Assembly (NCBI GenBank): GCA_037379345.1
Contig: CM074521.1
Coordinates: 6,696,001-6,760,000, forward strand
DNA: 64,000 nt
Direction: 5' to 3'
DNA from: Perna viridis
Lineage: Eukaryota
The notes below the pieces were generated by a model that saw only the letters and a list, made by a program, of their open reading frames with translations, made no database searches and had not been told where the DNA came from. The stretch's first letter is position 1. Every line of letters begins with the position of its first letter. The position numbers and the translations under genes are program-made. Of the stretch, positions 12,301 to 24,058 are shown piece after piece.

Positions 12301-15225
12301 ATAAATTGATCAAGGTGACTACTCTCAGGGACAGACATTGCCTGTAAAACAAAATAATATAACCCTTAGAACACATCATTCATATTGAGGAATAGACAGT
12401 TATTCAAATATGAAAGAAGTAGAAGTCTCTAGAAATAGAAAATAGCTCTTTTTTAAATGATAGGCAGAAAAAACGGCAATTTTGAAGTCGAGGCAGAAGA
12501 TATAACAGCCAACCCAATTGAGGCGTATTTTATAGTTACTGTATTGAACTGCACGATATTATTAATTTACATTTTACCACCTTCTTCCCAAGTAAGTGGT
12601 GGTATAAACAGTGTATTGTCATTTATATATAACGAAAACAGGTATGGTGAGTTTGACTAAGAGACAACAACCTCGTTTTGATAAAAATGTCAGTCCATGA
12701 TCGCTCTTTGGTCTTCAATGAACGACGAGGAAACCATCCCACTATAGGGGAGAATGCAGCTGGCCCCAAAAAATTATACAGCACAAGTACAGCGAATGAA
12801 ATATCCCTATATACTAAAGTAACATTAAAATTAACTAAAGGTGAAAACGAAACAATGCACACTGAGGCCAAAAAATACCTTATTTGGGACATGCGCAAAA
12901 AAATGGGGCGGACTTAAAGACAAATCACTATTGTTTATGCGCATTGTATGACGCAAACTATTATATCGTCGGCAATTCGTGACGTCGCTTTTGACGTCGA
13001 AATTCGCGATTTATCTCTCTTTGACCTTAGAAGAAATATGACGTCGAGATTCAAGGTCCGCTTTGGAAAATCTTCCGTAAATGCCAGGCGTCCGTCTGTC
13101 CTACACAAACTCACAACTACAATTTCACAACGGATTCCAAGGAAACCTATACCAAATGTTACTACTACTTAGACTTTGCCAAAAAAAAGAAAAAAAAACA
13201 GCATTATCCGTTAGTTTTAGAGGGAGTTATGCCAATTTGATTACCATACATTTTAGTGATGATCGGATGGGAGAGATGAAACAATGTTCTTTTCTTGGAG
13301 AATGTGAGCTAGTTTTCTTGATCCCGACATGATGTTTAAATTAGGAATATTTAAGATAGTCCCGTATTATTGCAAATAAAACATAATTTTCTAGTACATT
13401 TACTGAGGTAAAAATGAATGTACAAAAAGTTTCATGCGGAGTATCTAATCCAGGCGCGGATGCAGAGGGGCGGATCTGGCGAATGCTCCTCCATTAAAAG
13501 TTGAGGATACCTTTTTTGTATGAAATAATGATTGATTGTCGTCAATTTGTAAAAAAATATCTATGCAGTATCAGAGTAAGAACACTGGAAAAATAGTATA
13601 GGCTTACAATCAGTATGTATGTTTACCGACAATGATGGCCTGCCAATTTATTCTCTTTGATTCTAGGATCAAATTTTCTGTCCTGCCCTTCTTTTAGAAA
13701 CTTTTTTTCTTTCGCATAGAGCGCCGACATATTTTTTAAATGTAAACGAAAAATATTAGGGCAATAATAGATAGTGCCATTTTATTTCATGAAAATTTCA
13801 ATCCTGATTTTTTATTTCAAATTTGACACAAAGTACGCCACAAGAAGACACAAACTTGAACAAGTACATATAGGAGGTGCACTCTCTTACATGTAACACT
13901 ACTTCACCGGCGACTGTTGTGCGATATTTTCTTCCTGTTGTTCAGTACAAATATTACTACTAACGGTTGAAATGTTCCACGTACACTTGTAAATGTTGAA
14001 CTTAAGATCCCGTTTAGTCATTTGCTGTTGAAGTATTATAAATAAACATTGTGATAAATGTATCGCCTAATAACCAATTTTCTGTTATCTCCAGTCTTAA
14101 TCCTTGTTTCCGGCTTATTTCTTCACTGTTTGTATTGCCGTTTTGATATTCTATTTTTTCTAAAGACGTTCCGTCGCTGCCCATGACGTAACGTCATCTA
14201 ACATAACATATTTGGAGTAGGAAACGTCCAATAACCAAACAACATTCTGCAGTAATGGTACACATATGTGATTAACTATCTAATTTGATCGGTGACCCCC
14301 ACGTTTTAAAAGTTTATAACATCAGCTAATGGATACCTTTTTCATACCGCAAGTTTGAAAACATGTCTTAACGTGAGAAGTATTTAAGATTACTGTGAAT
14401 ATGGTTCTTTTGGCGGGAAACAATAAAAGATTCTTTCAGGCGGATAAAACTTATTGTATTATGTTTTTTTTGTTATGTTTTATGAATGAAATACCGACAA
14501 TGTCCAATCTACTGGTGTATGGCATGTGTCATTCATAAAAAGTATTGGCAAGATCAGAGACGTCTGAATTGAATTCGGAAAATGACAAAAACTCCCGATT
14601 TTACGAATGTTTGAAATGCTACATCTTTGTTAAAAGCACGGTGACCTATATTTTTAGAAGCTTATTTCAATGCCTTTATACTTGAGACCATTCCATTAAA
14701 ATTTCACGAAATTATTAACGTCAGAACTGGTTAACGTGATTTGTCTTTAAAGTACTTTGGCGTATCCACAACCCGCCCACTAAGTATCTATCGATTAAAA
14801 GCTTGTCTCTGATATATGAATTTTGCTTTGTTTTATAACTGAGCTTTATATGATGTTTATATGGCCAAATATGTATCAAATAAAAATGTATTGATGAATT
14901 ATCTTTTACAATTGGTATGCTACATTGTATAGATGATAAAAATATAAACACGTTAGCTTTTTCGGTTCATATCATAATACGATCGTTACATGATGTCTGC
15001 AAATAGTAACGTATGGCTATTGTAAAAAGAGAGGGCTGTCATTTTATTAAAACGGCAAACAAATGCAACTTGACAAAATGTAACATAATAAGATAAAGTC
15101 AAAAGCTTAGTTGATCTATACACAGAATAAATAATATTAACATCAAATTACCATTTTAGTTTTGATATTTGGTAAAAAATAAAGTCCTTTTTTAAGTTTC
15201 GCATTTAGTTAAGGACAGATTTATA

Positions 15226-15264
<39 letters not shown>

Positions 15265-17677
15265 TAATTGACAAGGAACTAAATTTCATTTATATAACAA
15301 AAAATGTTATCAAAAATCAAAATTGAGCACTCATCACTTTTCGAATATGTGAATATATGTGCTAACCGCATTTGATACAATTACGTTCAATATCGGCGAA
15401 ATAAACCGAAGCGTCAATAGAAATGACAATACAGATACATGTACAATGCAGCAAATAGCATAGGTTACATGTTAAAAGTGAATACTAGTATACAGCTCTT
15501 CAATGTTATAAACTTCCCACTTACTCAATATACATGTACCATCCCCCGATTCTCTATTGACAGTACCTAATCTAATCCCCCTATAGAATCCCCAGTGCAA
15601 ATTTCTGATCAAATATGTATATTATCAAATTAAATTCAAAGTTCTTCAATATTTAAACTGTTTTTTTTTAAATCTCAAATTTAATACACTTTTCACATGA
15701 ATACCGGAACTCTTAAGAACAATATTCCCGTCCTCCCCATTTACATTCTTATCTACCATTTCTATTCCCCATTTCCCACCCAATATTCCATCGAGTGGGA
15801 AGTTTTTTTAATACAAGTATTGTACAAGAAAAATCAAGTCATCACAGGGAATAATAAATTAAAGTAATTTAAACTCCTACAAACAATCTAAGTTTCCTAC
15901 AGGCTCTGTTACAGCGTAGTTACAACGAGATCCATCTGATAACAAGGTGGGAACTCCATGTACGAATCACACAAAATTTCTTTGTGTAAACAATACGGAA
16001 ATTGCCGAAAATTATCTAAAAATAAGGAAACGGCAATTGCAATAGATCGACTGACCCCTCGAATTGTAAAAGTATTTAGAAATCAGTTGAGTAAAAAATA
16101 CTTGTAGATAAGATCGTCATTTTAAACTAATTTAATTGCATTTTTCTTTGATGTTGGGCACTCATGATGACATCAGTCTGTATCAACCTAATGTGCACTC
16201 AATCAGAACGTTTTAATTGACTTCATAGTGTTGTACAATGTTGTAATTAGAAAATAGCCTGTCTTGTAATTTAATTTTATTTATGAATTATATTTGTTTA
16301 TCTTCACCGCTAAAATTGTAATGATATTTTATCGAGCGCAGATCATGTGTTATCTTTTCGTAAGGACTAAAGGCAAAAAATGAACCTAAACCCAATTAGT
16401 TAATAATTTCAAAGATAATTTAAAGGTCTTAAACAAGTGTAAACACTTATTTTATGTAAACTCGGAAAGGTTCCTACAACAAAATTAATAAAACTCTAAA
16501 AAAAAAATGACACTTTTCAAATTTAAAAGGAATACACGACAAAAGTAACATTATTGACTAGTATCTTGGTTCTGTGAAGAGTTGTATGAAATGTGTGGTA
16601 GGGTTAAATCAGTTTTATAAGGCTTTTACCACCAACCTTTAAATGTGAGGTCATGGAAGTTAGATGAAATGACATGAACCCTCAGTCGGTTTTTTAATGC
16701 AATATTCAACTATTCATCTGTTGTTGTTTTTATCCATTATTCTTTTCAGATTAGGCTTATTATATTAAATAAAGTGTTCGATTACTAAATAGCTTGTAAT
16801 AAGTCCTTGACTTGACCTGATGATGAATTGAAAAATTATAAACGCCGTTTATCGGGGACAAGGGCAAATATAAAAGTTTTTTTTGTGTTCATTCGTAATG
16901 GTTATTTTTAAAAACCTCTTTCGTTTGTTGCTGAATGGATATAAATGGGATTTTTCACGATGATTTATAATGCTTATTTTTAGGGGTTTGGTGAAAGAAA
17001 GATCTATTTTGATAGAATTACTTTCATTACTATTAATATTTCGGTATGAAATCAGGGATCCCAAAATATCGTTCAATTAAAAATCGGATTCAGGTATCTC
17101 GTAGATATTGCTGTAAGGATAAATTAAAATATGAATTACCCATTTGCTTTTGAATCTAAAAACTAATCGAATATAAAAGGATTGTGGCTTTTTGCAAATT
17201 ACAATGTCATATGGTAATTATTATTTATTCGAAATTTGTTTTACTTTTTTCTTGTCTAATCTACTTAATTCGTGAATAATTAGAATTATAATGTTTCAGA
17301 AGATATAAGGACTGCAATCTCTCAGTGATGTTAAAACTGGAATAAAACCAATGCTTTACAGTTTCTTCCAGATGTCAGACTCCTTTTTTGAAACTTACTC
17401 AGGTCAGAATCATACAAAAGATTGATTGATACATGTACATTATTTTCACTTTTTGCAAAAGCATTCATTGTCAACTCGGGTTTCATTTAAAGTTAAAACA
17501 TAGTTTCGATGTGGATATTATACCAAACTATAATAGTGTAAAATGAATTAAACATAGTCAATTGATTGAGAAGATGGAACTACATATGCAGAAGAAATAA
17601 AAATGAAAGCATATGAAAGCATAGCATACCTTTATGGTAATTATGACATTGATGACAAATCCACAGACCAAAATCAT
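243..17677 (-). CDS. ADAMTS-family secreted zinc metalloprotease (M12B), 18 coding exons in window, 3' end beyond the window start
   Basis: Hand-spliced GT-AG exons join in compatible phases into 709 stop-free codons. Domains in order: signal peptide MILVCGFVINVIITIKA; propeptide with CYLTG..SFC and RQKR furin site; HELGHNLGMYHD plus Met-turn GLMG; PGQKYSADELC disintegrin-like start; TSP1 WAEWSKWMGCSRTCGRG; Cys-rich DSCGVCNGDNSTC. Subfamily cannot be assigned by eye. Confidence 0.95.
922..1100 (-). CDS. ADAMTS exon 17, Cys-rich domain (CEVEC..ENGTPC..ACLEGYGQ)
   Basis: xGTPC motif; CAG|gtacat donor; phase 1 to 0. Confidence 0.92.
1366..1501 (-). CDS. ADAMTS exon 16 (PCSSD..RASETCQRM..)
   Basis: PC ends the TSR, start of Cys-rich domain; gtaagt donor; phase 0 to 1. 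Confidence 0.9.
2192..2252 (-). CDS. ADAMTS exon 15, TSP1 C-terminal half (PINTAGCEGNEFDAIACNTT)
   Basis: CxG..CN motif; phase 2 to 0. Confidence 0.92.
2608..2947. mobile_element. TIR element with subterminal inverted repeats, inserted in a Helentron-like remnant (about 2520-3090)
   Basis: Inner IR ctcaaatataacctcag..cacc / ggtgacctgagtctatattttag; host motif tgcct.. split by the insertion. Confidence 0.5.
3295..3452 (-). CDS. ADAMTS exon 14, central TSP1 repeat (ICFDGSC..GNWAEWSKWMGCSRTCGRGINYRRRKCNNP)
   Basis: Canonical TSR WxxWxxW, CSxTCG and RxRxC; phase 0 to 2. Confidence 0.96.
4120..4230 (-). CDS. ADAMTS exon 13, disintegrin-like (PTSCNIHSC..NGLYCADNK)
   Basis: cttctcag acceptor, gtaagg donor, phase 0 to 0. 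Confidence 0.9.
4261..4580 (+). mobile_element. Penelope-like retroelement 3' fragment (RT C-terminus and structured 3' UTR family)
   Basis: Homologous to 29290-29777 and 56862-57200. Confidence 0.8.
5007..5086 (-). CDS. ADAMTS exon 12, disintegrin-like (GQKYSADELCEFKYG)
   Basis: PGxxYxxDxxC motif; ttctttctag acceptor; gtaggt donor (exact donor slightly uncertain). Confidence 0.88.
5587..5684 (-). CDS. ADAMTS exon 11 (SGSADCLWTNNIP..PGIPG)
   Basis: End of catalytic domain (CL); phase 2 to 1. Confidence 0.9.
6280..6396 (-). CDS. ADAMTS exon 10 (LGMYHD..Met-turn..WSTCS)
   Basis: Completes HExxHxxGxxHD; overlaps ORF 6177..6395; phase 2 to 2. Confidence 0.95.
6942..7067 (-). CDS. ADAMTS exon 9 (GIAWQNKVCNPKYRCGV..TAHELGHN)
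   Basis: HELGH zinc motif; gtaagg donor; phase 2 to 2. Confidence 0.96.
7460..7645. repeat. Degenerate 38-bp tandem array (5 units) derived from the exon 8/intron 8 junction
   Basis: atgcatatgt-like core at 7472, 7510, 7548, 7586 and 7624, an exact 38-bp period. Confidence 0.8.
7619..7716 (-). CDS. ADAMTS exon 8 (LWYNTSSSLGVPLRNVCEGTTSTNYDHIHMHTG)
   Basis: ttttcatag acceptor, GG|gtgagt donor, phase 0 to 2. Confidence 0.9.
8075..8161 (-). CDS. ADAMTS exon 7 (VQFEWGRSNQLNYNITISIKYMAFFDTNP)
   Basis: tttttttctgtttgaag acceptor (last unit of the minisatellite), gtaagt donor, phase 0 to 0. Confidence 0.88.
8137..8635. repeat. Minisatellite, 11 units of 45-46 bp, derived from the ADAMTS intron 6/exon 7 junction
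   Basis: Consensus ttgatctaccccactcaaactgcaccttcaaacagaaaaaagtgc; unit 1 overlaps exon 7. Confidence 0.97.
8660..8750 (-). mobile_element. SINE family 1, 3' fragment
   Basis: tttgtttgttggggtttaacg..ttcagctatattcag. Confidence 0.8.
9538..9713 (-). CDS. ADAMTS exon 6, furin site RQKR and start of catalytic domain (IEMAVYCD)
   Basis: gtttcag acceptor, gtaagt donor, phase 1 to 0. Confidence 0.93.
10111..10258 (-). CDS. ADAMTS exon 5, propeptide (TGMIGTPTHELHFEVLPAHIRKRRS..)
   Basis: ctgtag acceptor, G|gtagga donor, phase 0 to 1. Confidence 0.92.
10622..10825 (-). mobile_element. Same Penelope-like 3' UTR family, truncated
   Basis: tgagcaactcggactcca..ggaccaggtgcaccggtaggg. Confidence 0.8.
11311..11572 (-). 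CDS. ADAMTS exon 4, M12B propeptide (RHRRS..IQAFGELYEMQL..CYLTGDV..SASFCFEL)
   Basis: Propeptide motifs; gtaagt donor; phase 2 to 0; overlaps ORF 11176..11475. Confidence 0.93.
11939..11999 (-). CDS. ADAMTS exon 3 (AGYTHFELTTIKHYKDKDIQ)
   Basis: gtttcag acceptor, AG|gtaaac donor, phase 1 to 2. Confidence 0.85.
12278..12341 (-). CDS. ADAMTS exon 2 (AMSVPESSHLDQFIEERKLRD)
   Basis: ttttacag acceptor, G|gtacat donor, phase 0 to 1. Confidence 0.85.
12635..12918 (-). mobile_element. Helentron-associated non-autonomous element (HINE-like)
   Basis: Reverse of the tttaa..ccgcc..ttttgcgc.tgtcccaa motif shared with 53300. Confidence 0.55.
15226..15256. repeat. (TA)n microsatellite
   Basis: Direct inspection. 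Confidence 0.9.
15491..15910. mobile_element. Non-autonomous element with a tacagctct terminus and pyrimidine-rich subrepeats; second copy inverted at about 62780-63187
   Basis: tacagctctt..taaacttcccac mirrored by gtgggaagtttat..aagagctgta. Confidence 0.55.
17630..17677 (-). CDS. ADAMTS exon 1 (signal peptide MILVCGFVINVIITIK)
   Basis: ATG, hydrophobic stretch, AAG|gtatgc donor; phase 0 matches exon 2. Confidence 0.75.
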
Positions 17678-19855
17678 TGTTACAATTTCCTGTTTAGTGT
17701 ATATTTGTTCCTTTTTAATGCATGTAAACCGTCTTCCATCTATTTAGTGTAAGTTGCTGTATCACACCAATTTACGCATCCATCCGAGTGTCATTTCTGT
17801 CTTCAGACTAATACCACCACAAACAAGATTAAATTTTTATTCCACCTTTTTAAAAAGTTTCAGTATGCATCTTCCGTTTCGCTGTACAGATATTCAAAGC
17901 TTTTATTCTTAAACCATTTGTAACATATCATTTTACCGATTCAAAAAATTAAAAAGAAGTTGGTTCGGTTTATATAAAACTCGTGCTTTTGTATTATATA
18001 AACTAAGTTGTATGATTATTTCATCTACAAAACCTTTTATGCAGTCCACCCATGCATAACATTTAAAACACTGTGTATAATGGAGCTAAAATATATAACG
18101 TAGGCGACAACAATTATTTTCGTTACACTTTTTTTTCGCAGTTCATTTTGCTCGCATGCATCCACACCTTAAATGATCCAACACACACTCTTATTGCATC
18201 ATATTGTTGGAGCATCTGGACCCAGACCGACATATCGCCCGCAATCCATTACATTTCAAAAGAACCTAATTAGAGTTGGATGGAATCACACTTTGTGACC
18301 TCATTTTGACACTTTAATGTTGTTATAGCAGTAGGAAGTAAATCATTTGGGCTGGGATTATTAATCTTTTAACACAAAAATACTTTAAAAACTCGTTTTA
18401 GTGGTTGAGATCATTTTGTCAGTTAATAAGTGGAACGGAAACGGGTAAAAACGAACAGGACCCTTTTGACGAGTTTTATTAACGGTAAATAGACGGTTTG
18501 TATATCTATCATTTGCAAAATTTGATAAATCCGGATTGTGTCGTCCCGCTTAACGTTATTCTAATTGTTAAAGAAACAAATTGTGCTGCGGATTTCTGAA
18601 ATTGTCTTGTGCGCACCATATCCTCGAAATAAAACATTCAATGCGCCAATGACTGCATAACGCTGATCTGTAGTATTCCTGTGTTAAACATTAATCATCA
18701 GCAGATGATGAATAGTTTATATTATCTTCATATCATTTTTTATTCATTTTTTTTTATCAAAGACAAAAATCGAACATTTGCGCCTACTGTGCAACTATAT
18801 TATACGTACTACACGAGATATTTACTTTAAACAACTTTAATTTAGCATAACCATAATGATTTGGATTATTTATAAAAGTTCAATCGATTTGCCTGCATGG
18901 GACTTAAAATTACTCCACGACATAAAATATCAAAACAACTAATTGCGGTATTCAGTCGAAACTGTAAGAAATCGATTAATGCAATGCTTAATGGAGGCGC
19001 AAATGCATAGGTGAGGAACAACTTTTACGTCTGGTCTGGAGGTCTTAAATACAATAACTTCTATTCAGTCAAGAGTGTGCCATAGGGAAATGCTCCATCT
19101 GGTTACAAGACACATTGTATGCAATGTGTTTAAAGGAAGGAGGAGTTTATATTGTGTGTTAGGTGGAAATGTGGGATAAATGTTTGAACAGGCTTCGATA
19201 ACCACTGAAAAAGGACTAAATATTCATACTACGTGACAGTTGGTTGTAAATATACAAGCCATCAGACACAAAAAAAGGTGTTAAAACAGTTTTTAAAAAA
19301 GTTTGAATATTTTGATTTTTCATCAAACAAACAAATATATTGAACTCAAGTTGTATTTAATTAAGTGACGTCTTGTCACATTATATGCATCAACAAACCA
19401 CAATCATACAGCTACAATGTCCTACATAAGACGTTGTGAAACACATAAGATACCTGGCATGAATATTAGCCTTATCTCGAATTACCAATTTTATAATTAA
19501 GTAAAATGTTATTAAACAAACGCTGCCTGATTATTCAAATATTCTTTGATAATTGTATTTAAAACAAAATACAACAAGAAGTGATCAGAACCTACAATGG
19601 TTTGGGCAGGCTGGACGTCAATCAGTTCATTATTAATTATCATATGTTAAGAATGTTTTAATGATGTTATAAACTTTGTAATCGTTAACTATGTTGTGTT
19701 AATTTTATTATTTTACACGTGTTATTACTTGTATGAAAATATCGAACAAATTGTAACTTGTTTAATTACATTACATAAGTTATAACGTACAATTTCGTAT
19801 ACGTAATTACTTTTTTTCGAACGTATCCAGAACTTGTACATGGACATAAATTCAG

Positions 19856-19980
19856 GCGTCGGTTTCACAAAAGTCGTAAGTGTGAAATTGATCGTTAATC
19901 ATGACGTCACAATGCTATTTAGTTTATGATGTCATTACTTACGATCAACTTTACATGTACGATTTTTGTGAAATCAAGAC
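19856..19980. mobile_element. 125-bp foldback MITE with CAG TSD (PIF/Harbinger-like)
   Basis: Arms tttcacaaaagtcgta..gatcgt..tgacgtca and tgatgtca..acgatca..tacgatttttgtgaaa; cag on both flanks. Confidence 0.7.
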
Positions 19981-20485
19981 CAGGACTCCTGGCTTTAGTT
20001 GTACTTATTACTCTACTAATTGTAAGTACTATCAATAAAGAATCTCGGGAAAGAGTAACAAATAAAATGGATTATCATTTTATGGAATCATGAGACTAAA
20101 AATATACACTGTTTCAAAGGCTTATGATTTGTTTCATATTAAATGAATACATCTTACCAAAGACCTTATCCAATCAATTTTGTTATAAGCTTTTTATAAT
20201 AAATTGTAACCATTTTATGATAGCTTATAAGCTTCTTTTATAATAGCTTGCATTATGATCAGCTGGGTGGCCTTGCCGAATTCAAATCCACATGAAAAGA
20301 ACTATCATATATTCAGATTAAAAATTCATTAGCAAAACACTACATGTATCAGAGTGAAATGTGTGTTAGTGTTTATTTGTAAATTTCTGGTGATTATACA
20401 TGCATTTTGACAAAGTCTCTTTTTTCAAGTACATATTCCTCAAGATCAAATAAATAGGTACAGTGCGAGTTCTTAACTTATCATT

Positions 20486-20637
20486 CCGAGTTGCACATTT
20501 ACTTTTGCTACTTTGTATGTATTATTTTGGTTATTTTATGTTCTTTGTCGTGTTTGTCTGTTTTCCATGTCTGGTCTTTTCCCCTCGATTACATTCTTTT
20601 GATTTTCGCGAGAATCAAGGTTCCCTTAATTACTCCT
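20486..20637 (+). mobile_element. Same family, 3' tail only
   Basis: ccgagttgc..ggttcccttaattactc. Confidence 0.75.
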
Positions 20638-21427
20638 GGCATGTCTTCTAAGGTTTCAAAATCCCCTGTTTTGCCGACGTAGTCTTTAAAAAAGTTACAG
20701 TGTGAATTGTGATTTCTTGAAGGTTTAGACGATTCTTACAAAAATCAATTTGGAATCATGTTATCATTGTAACATTGAAAATGAAATGTTCGACTTCTTA
20801 TGCATCTAGTAATATTATCAAACATCACTAGTTCATATGCTATGAATGTATTGTCTTTTTAATATAGGATGCAATGTGAATCCGAAAATGCAAGCCTGAA
20901 TTATCGAATGTGTGAGGAATGTATATTGTTTACGCTATTGCTATTCTCGCTGAGTAACTACTTGTACAATTTAGATAATGATAAGTAACAACATGTACCA
21001 AATAATAACATATACACAATATATATACTTAAACATACAAAATAAAATTGAACATCATTTAGTGAGGGTCCAAAGTTATATAACTTACAGTTTAGAAGTT
21101 TTAAGGGAACAACCGATATCCGATAGTTTCCCTTTAAACACTACACAGGGCACAAAAGAAACTTTTTGAAACTTTGTCAATATTATTGCATTTTTTTCTT
21201 AAAAATATACAGGTTTTTGTTTTTGATTTATTTAAACGGTTTCCGAGATTTTTACGAAATATTTTTTTTCAATGAATTATCTTTATAACTTAGCAAGGTT
21301 AATCTAAAAAAAATACTTTTTTATGTTATAACTTTCGAAACGATACAACGCTTAACCTTTTGGATTTCGATACTGGTTTTGGAAAATAGAGAATACAAGT
21401 TCAATTTCATATCAATATTCCATGGTT

Positions 21428-21871
21428 GTATCGCGCTAGAATTCTAACAAATAGGCTTTTGGAACAGGTTTATGTTGCTGCAAGATTGAAGTCACCACTA
21501 CAAAAGTTTTATGGTCGTCATCATGAACTCGTGGATCGTTACGGTGTATCCATCTGAGCCATGAAAACTGATTTGTTCAACGTGTCAATGTTTTACTTTC
21601 CTCTTTCGTCTACTCTGGACTTGAGTTTTTATGAGCAACTCGGCGGATGCTGCTAGAAAAGCAGAGGACGCTTACCCGATAGGAGCACCTGGTCCATGCT
21701 CCCAGTTTTCAGTGGAGTCTGAGTTACTCATTTGCTTTTGTTATTTTGTTTGTATGATTTTAGTTGCTTTATGTTCTTTGTTGTTTGTGTCTATTTTCCA
21801 TGCCTGGTCTTTGTCCCTGGATTACATTCTTTTGATTACCGCTGTAACCTTGTTTCCATTAATTACTCTTT
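21428..21871 (+). mobile_element. Penelope-like RT C-terminus plus 3' UTR
   Basis: YRARILTNRLLEQVYVAARLKSPLQKFYGRHHELVDRYGVSI, followed by the UTR. Confidence 0.85.
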
Positions 21872-23564
21872 AAATGGTCAAAATAAGGATGGGTCATGCA
21901 ACAAAAATGAATACAATATAAACATTATTGTTTAACTATTTATTAAGTTATCTTCTCACAGTTCCAAACATAAGAGCTTACAGGAAGCGGATGTTCTATT
22001 ACTTTTTATTATGATATAGATGTGAACGCCATTTATGTTCATCTTGACACTTGCAGAAAGATCTACTACAGCTTGCTGTACTTAAACATTTTATGATATA
22101 TTTTTACATAATCCTTTTGTACATGTTTTTATTGTATTTGTTTTGTTTTGTTTGAGTAAACATGGGGTGCTTATCAGATGCTTTTGGATTGTGAACTAGC
22201 TAACAGAAAGAACAAGTACTTTCCCTAGATGGATACAGCTTGTTGTCCTTTGTCCTATTTGTTAGAGTGTTAGTATTCTCTATCAATCTAAAGAGTTAAT
22301 TCCGAATTCTACAGATTTTTATAATTCGTTTTCTTCTTGTATTGTCCTCTCACAAACATGTTTAACCCCGCCATTTACTTTATATTCCTGTCTCAAGCAA
22401 GTAGTCTGGTGGTTGTCGATGTTTGTTATGGTCATTGTTATTAGTTTAAGATTTTTTTTCTTTACATTGAGTTGATTATCGTTTAATACGAATTATTTAA
22501 TTTCATTCAATTTTGTGTCTTTTACAGATTGCTACATGGCATGACTTTTGCCCATAACTGAAGTTTATTATTGACTCCAGTTTAGATACTTAATATCGAT
22601 TTCGAATTTACACTTCCATAAATATAAATATGGTAGATGCTGTATAATTGCCGATATCATCCACAAAAAGCCAATGACCGAACAAACAATTTAACTTCTG
22701 CAGATCACCACTAGGTAAAGCTCGTTTTGGGATAGTTTGTTATGTCTAAATACAAAAAAAAGATAATTCATAAGAACGTTTGCTTCGATGTTCTAAGGTA
22801 TGTCCTACACATTTTCTCACATCGCTAAGATGCATTAGGATTAATTCCATTTATTATCTTACGTACCTTTTCATTTCACAAACACTGTCAGACATAAAAT
22901 GAGTTTCGATTACTTAACCTAACATCGGGAAAAATTTATTTCTCAAATTATGTCCCGCTAGCAAGAGATAACTATGTGATTGTAAACATATTCTTCCAAA
23001 ATTTAAGTGATTATTTGGACCAAATGTGACTTTATCTTAAACACCGTATCCCAACGGCTCAACATATTCATCTGATTGTAGCAAACTGATAAAATTCCCA
23101 AATATGTAACGATAACAACCAGCAACGAACATACAAGGAATCTATATTAATTTTTTTATGAACTGGAATGTGCCACGGGACATGTGGAAGCAAATGAGAC
23201 TGAAGTGGAAACACAATACCGCGTGTTAGTTTTTTGTCAAAAATATGAAGTAATGATACTAAATAAGGATCAATGCATTTTCTATGATGTCTGAGCTGAT
23301 CATACAGATGATTTGGTAGAATCAAGCTTAATTGAACAAACTTCTGAAACCTCAGACAAATATTAGAATTATATTCTTGATATAGCCATATAAATAGTGA
23401 AATGTTAGAAAAAAGCATCTCTTTTAGAGACATAAAAAGGTCAATTATAAATTGTGTGAAGTAAACTCAGGATCACAATCAATCATATGAAATGTATATT
23501 GCAGAAGTCTCTATTTAAAGCAATGCATGCGGAAATTCATTTCTACATGTATCAATGACTTCTG

Positions 23565-24058
23565 TTTGTTTGTTTGTTGGGGTTTAACGTCCGAGGAGCA
23601 AATTTTCAGCTATATTCAGACGATGAACATGAAATTGATGATAAAATGAACATGAAATGATGATCAAATGAAAAAGGGATGGGACACAAGGACAAAGGGG
23701 TCGACAAATTTTGATTGCAACTGGAAATAGGGAGAGGTGGGTAAGGTCTGGCAATTTAGCCTCCTGTGGCGGAGCCCTATGGTTCTTACTCCGGGAGAAT
23801 ACCACAGTAGGGTTCTTTAACGTGCGAGGAACGTGGCATCTTTCCCAACACGGTGCACCACTATGGTTTGTAATCAGGTTTCCCGTATTATAGCCTTACA
23901 ACCCCAGCATGTAAAACGCCAGGGGTACCCCATTCCACCACCTGGGGCACACATCCCAGTTGCTCTGTGGGCAGAGCGCCGCTAGGGTTCTGAGCACTAT
24001 TTAGTCGCCTTTTACGACAAGCTTAGTGCTGCTGCAGCTCTATTCTTTTGACACCCGG
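23565..24058 (-). mobile_element. SINE family 1, long copy with 14-bp TSD
   Basis: TSD atcaatgacttctg at 23551-23564 and 24059-24072; (CAAA)n tail. Confidence 0.9.

Noticed and set aside
21631-21935. Recurrent hydrophobic ORFs (also 29566, 56961, 20491)
   Set aside because: Translations of the T-rich retroelement 3' UTR, not genes.
23740-23840. HDV-like ribozyme in SINE family 1 (CGT-TCCTCGC-ACG resembles P3/L3)
   Set aside because: No P1 3' strand followed by GG for P1.1, and no P2 could be built.
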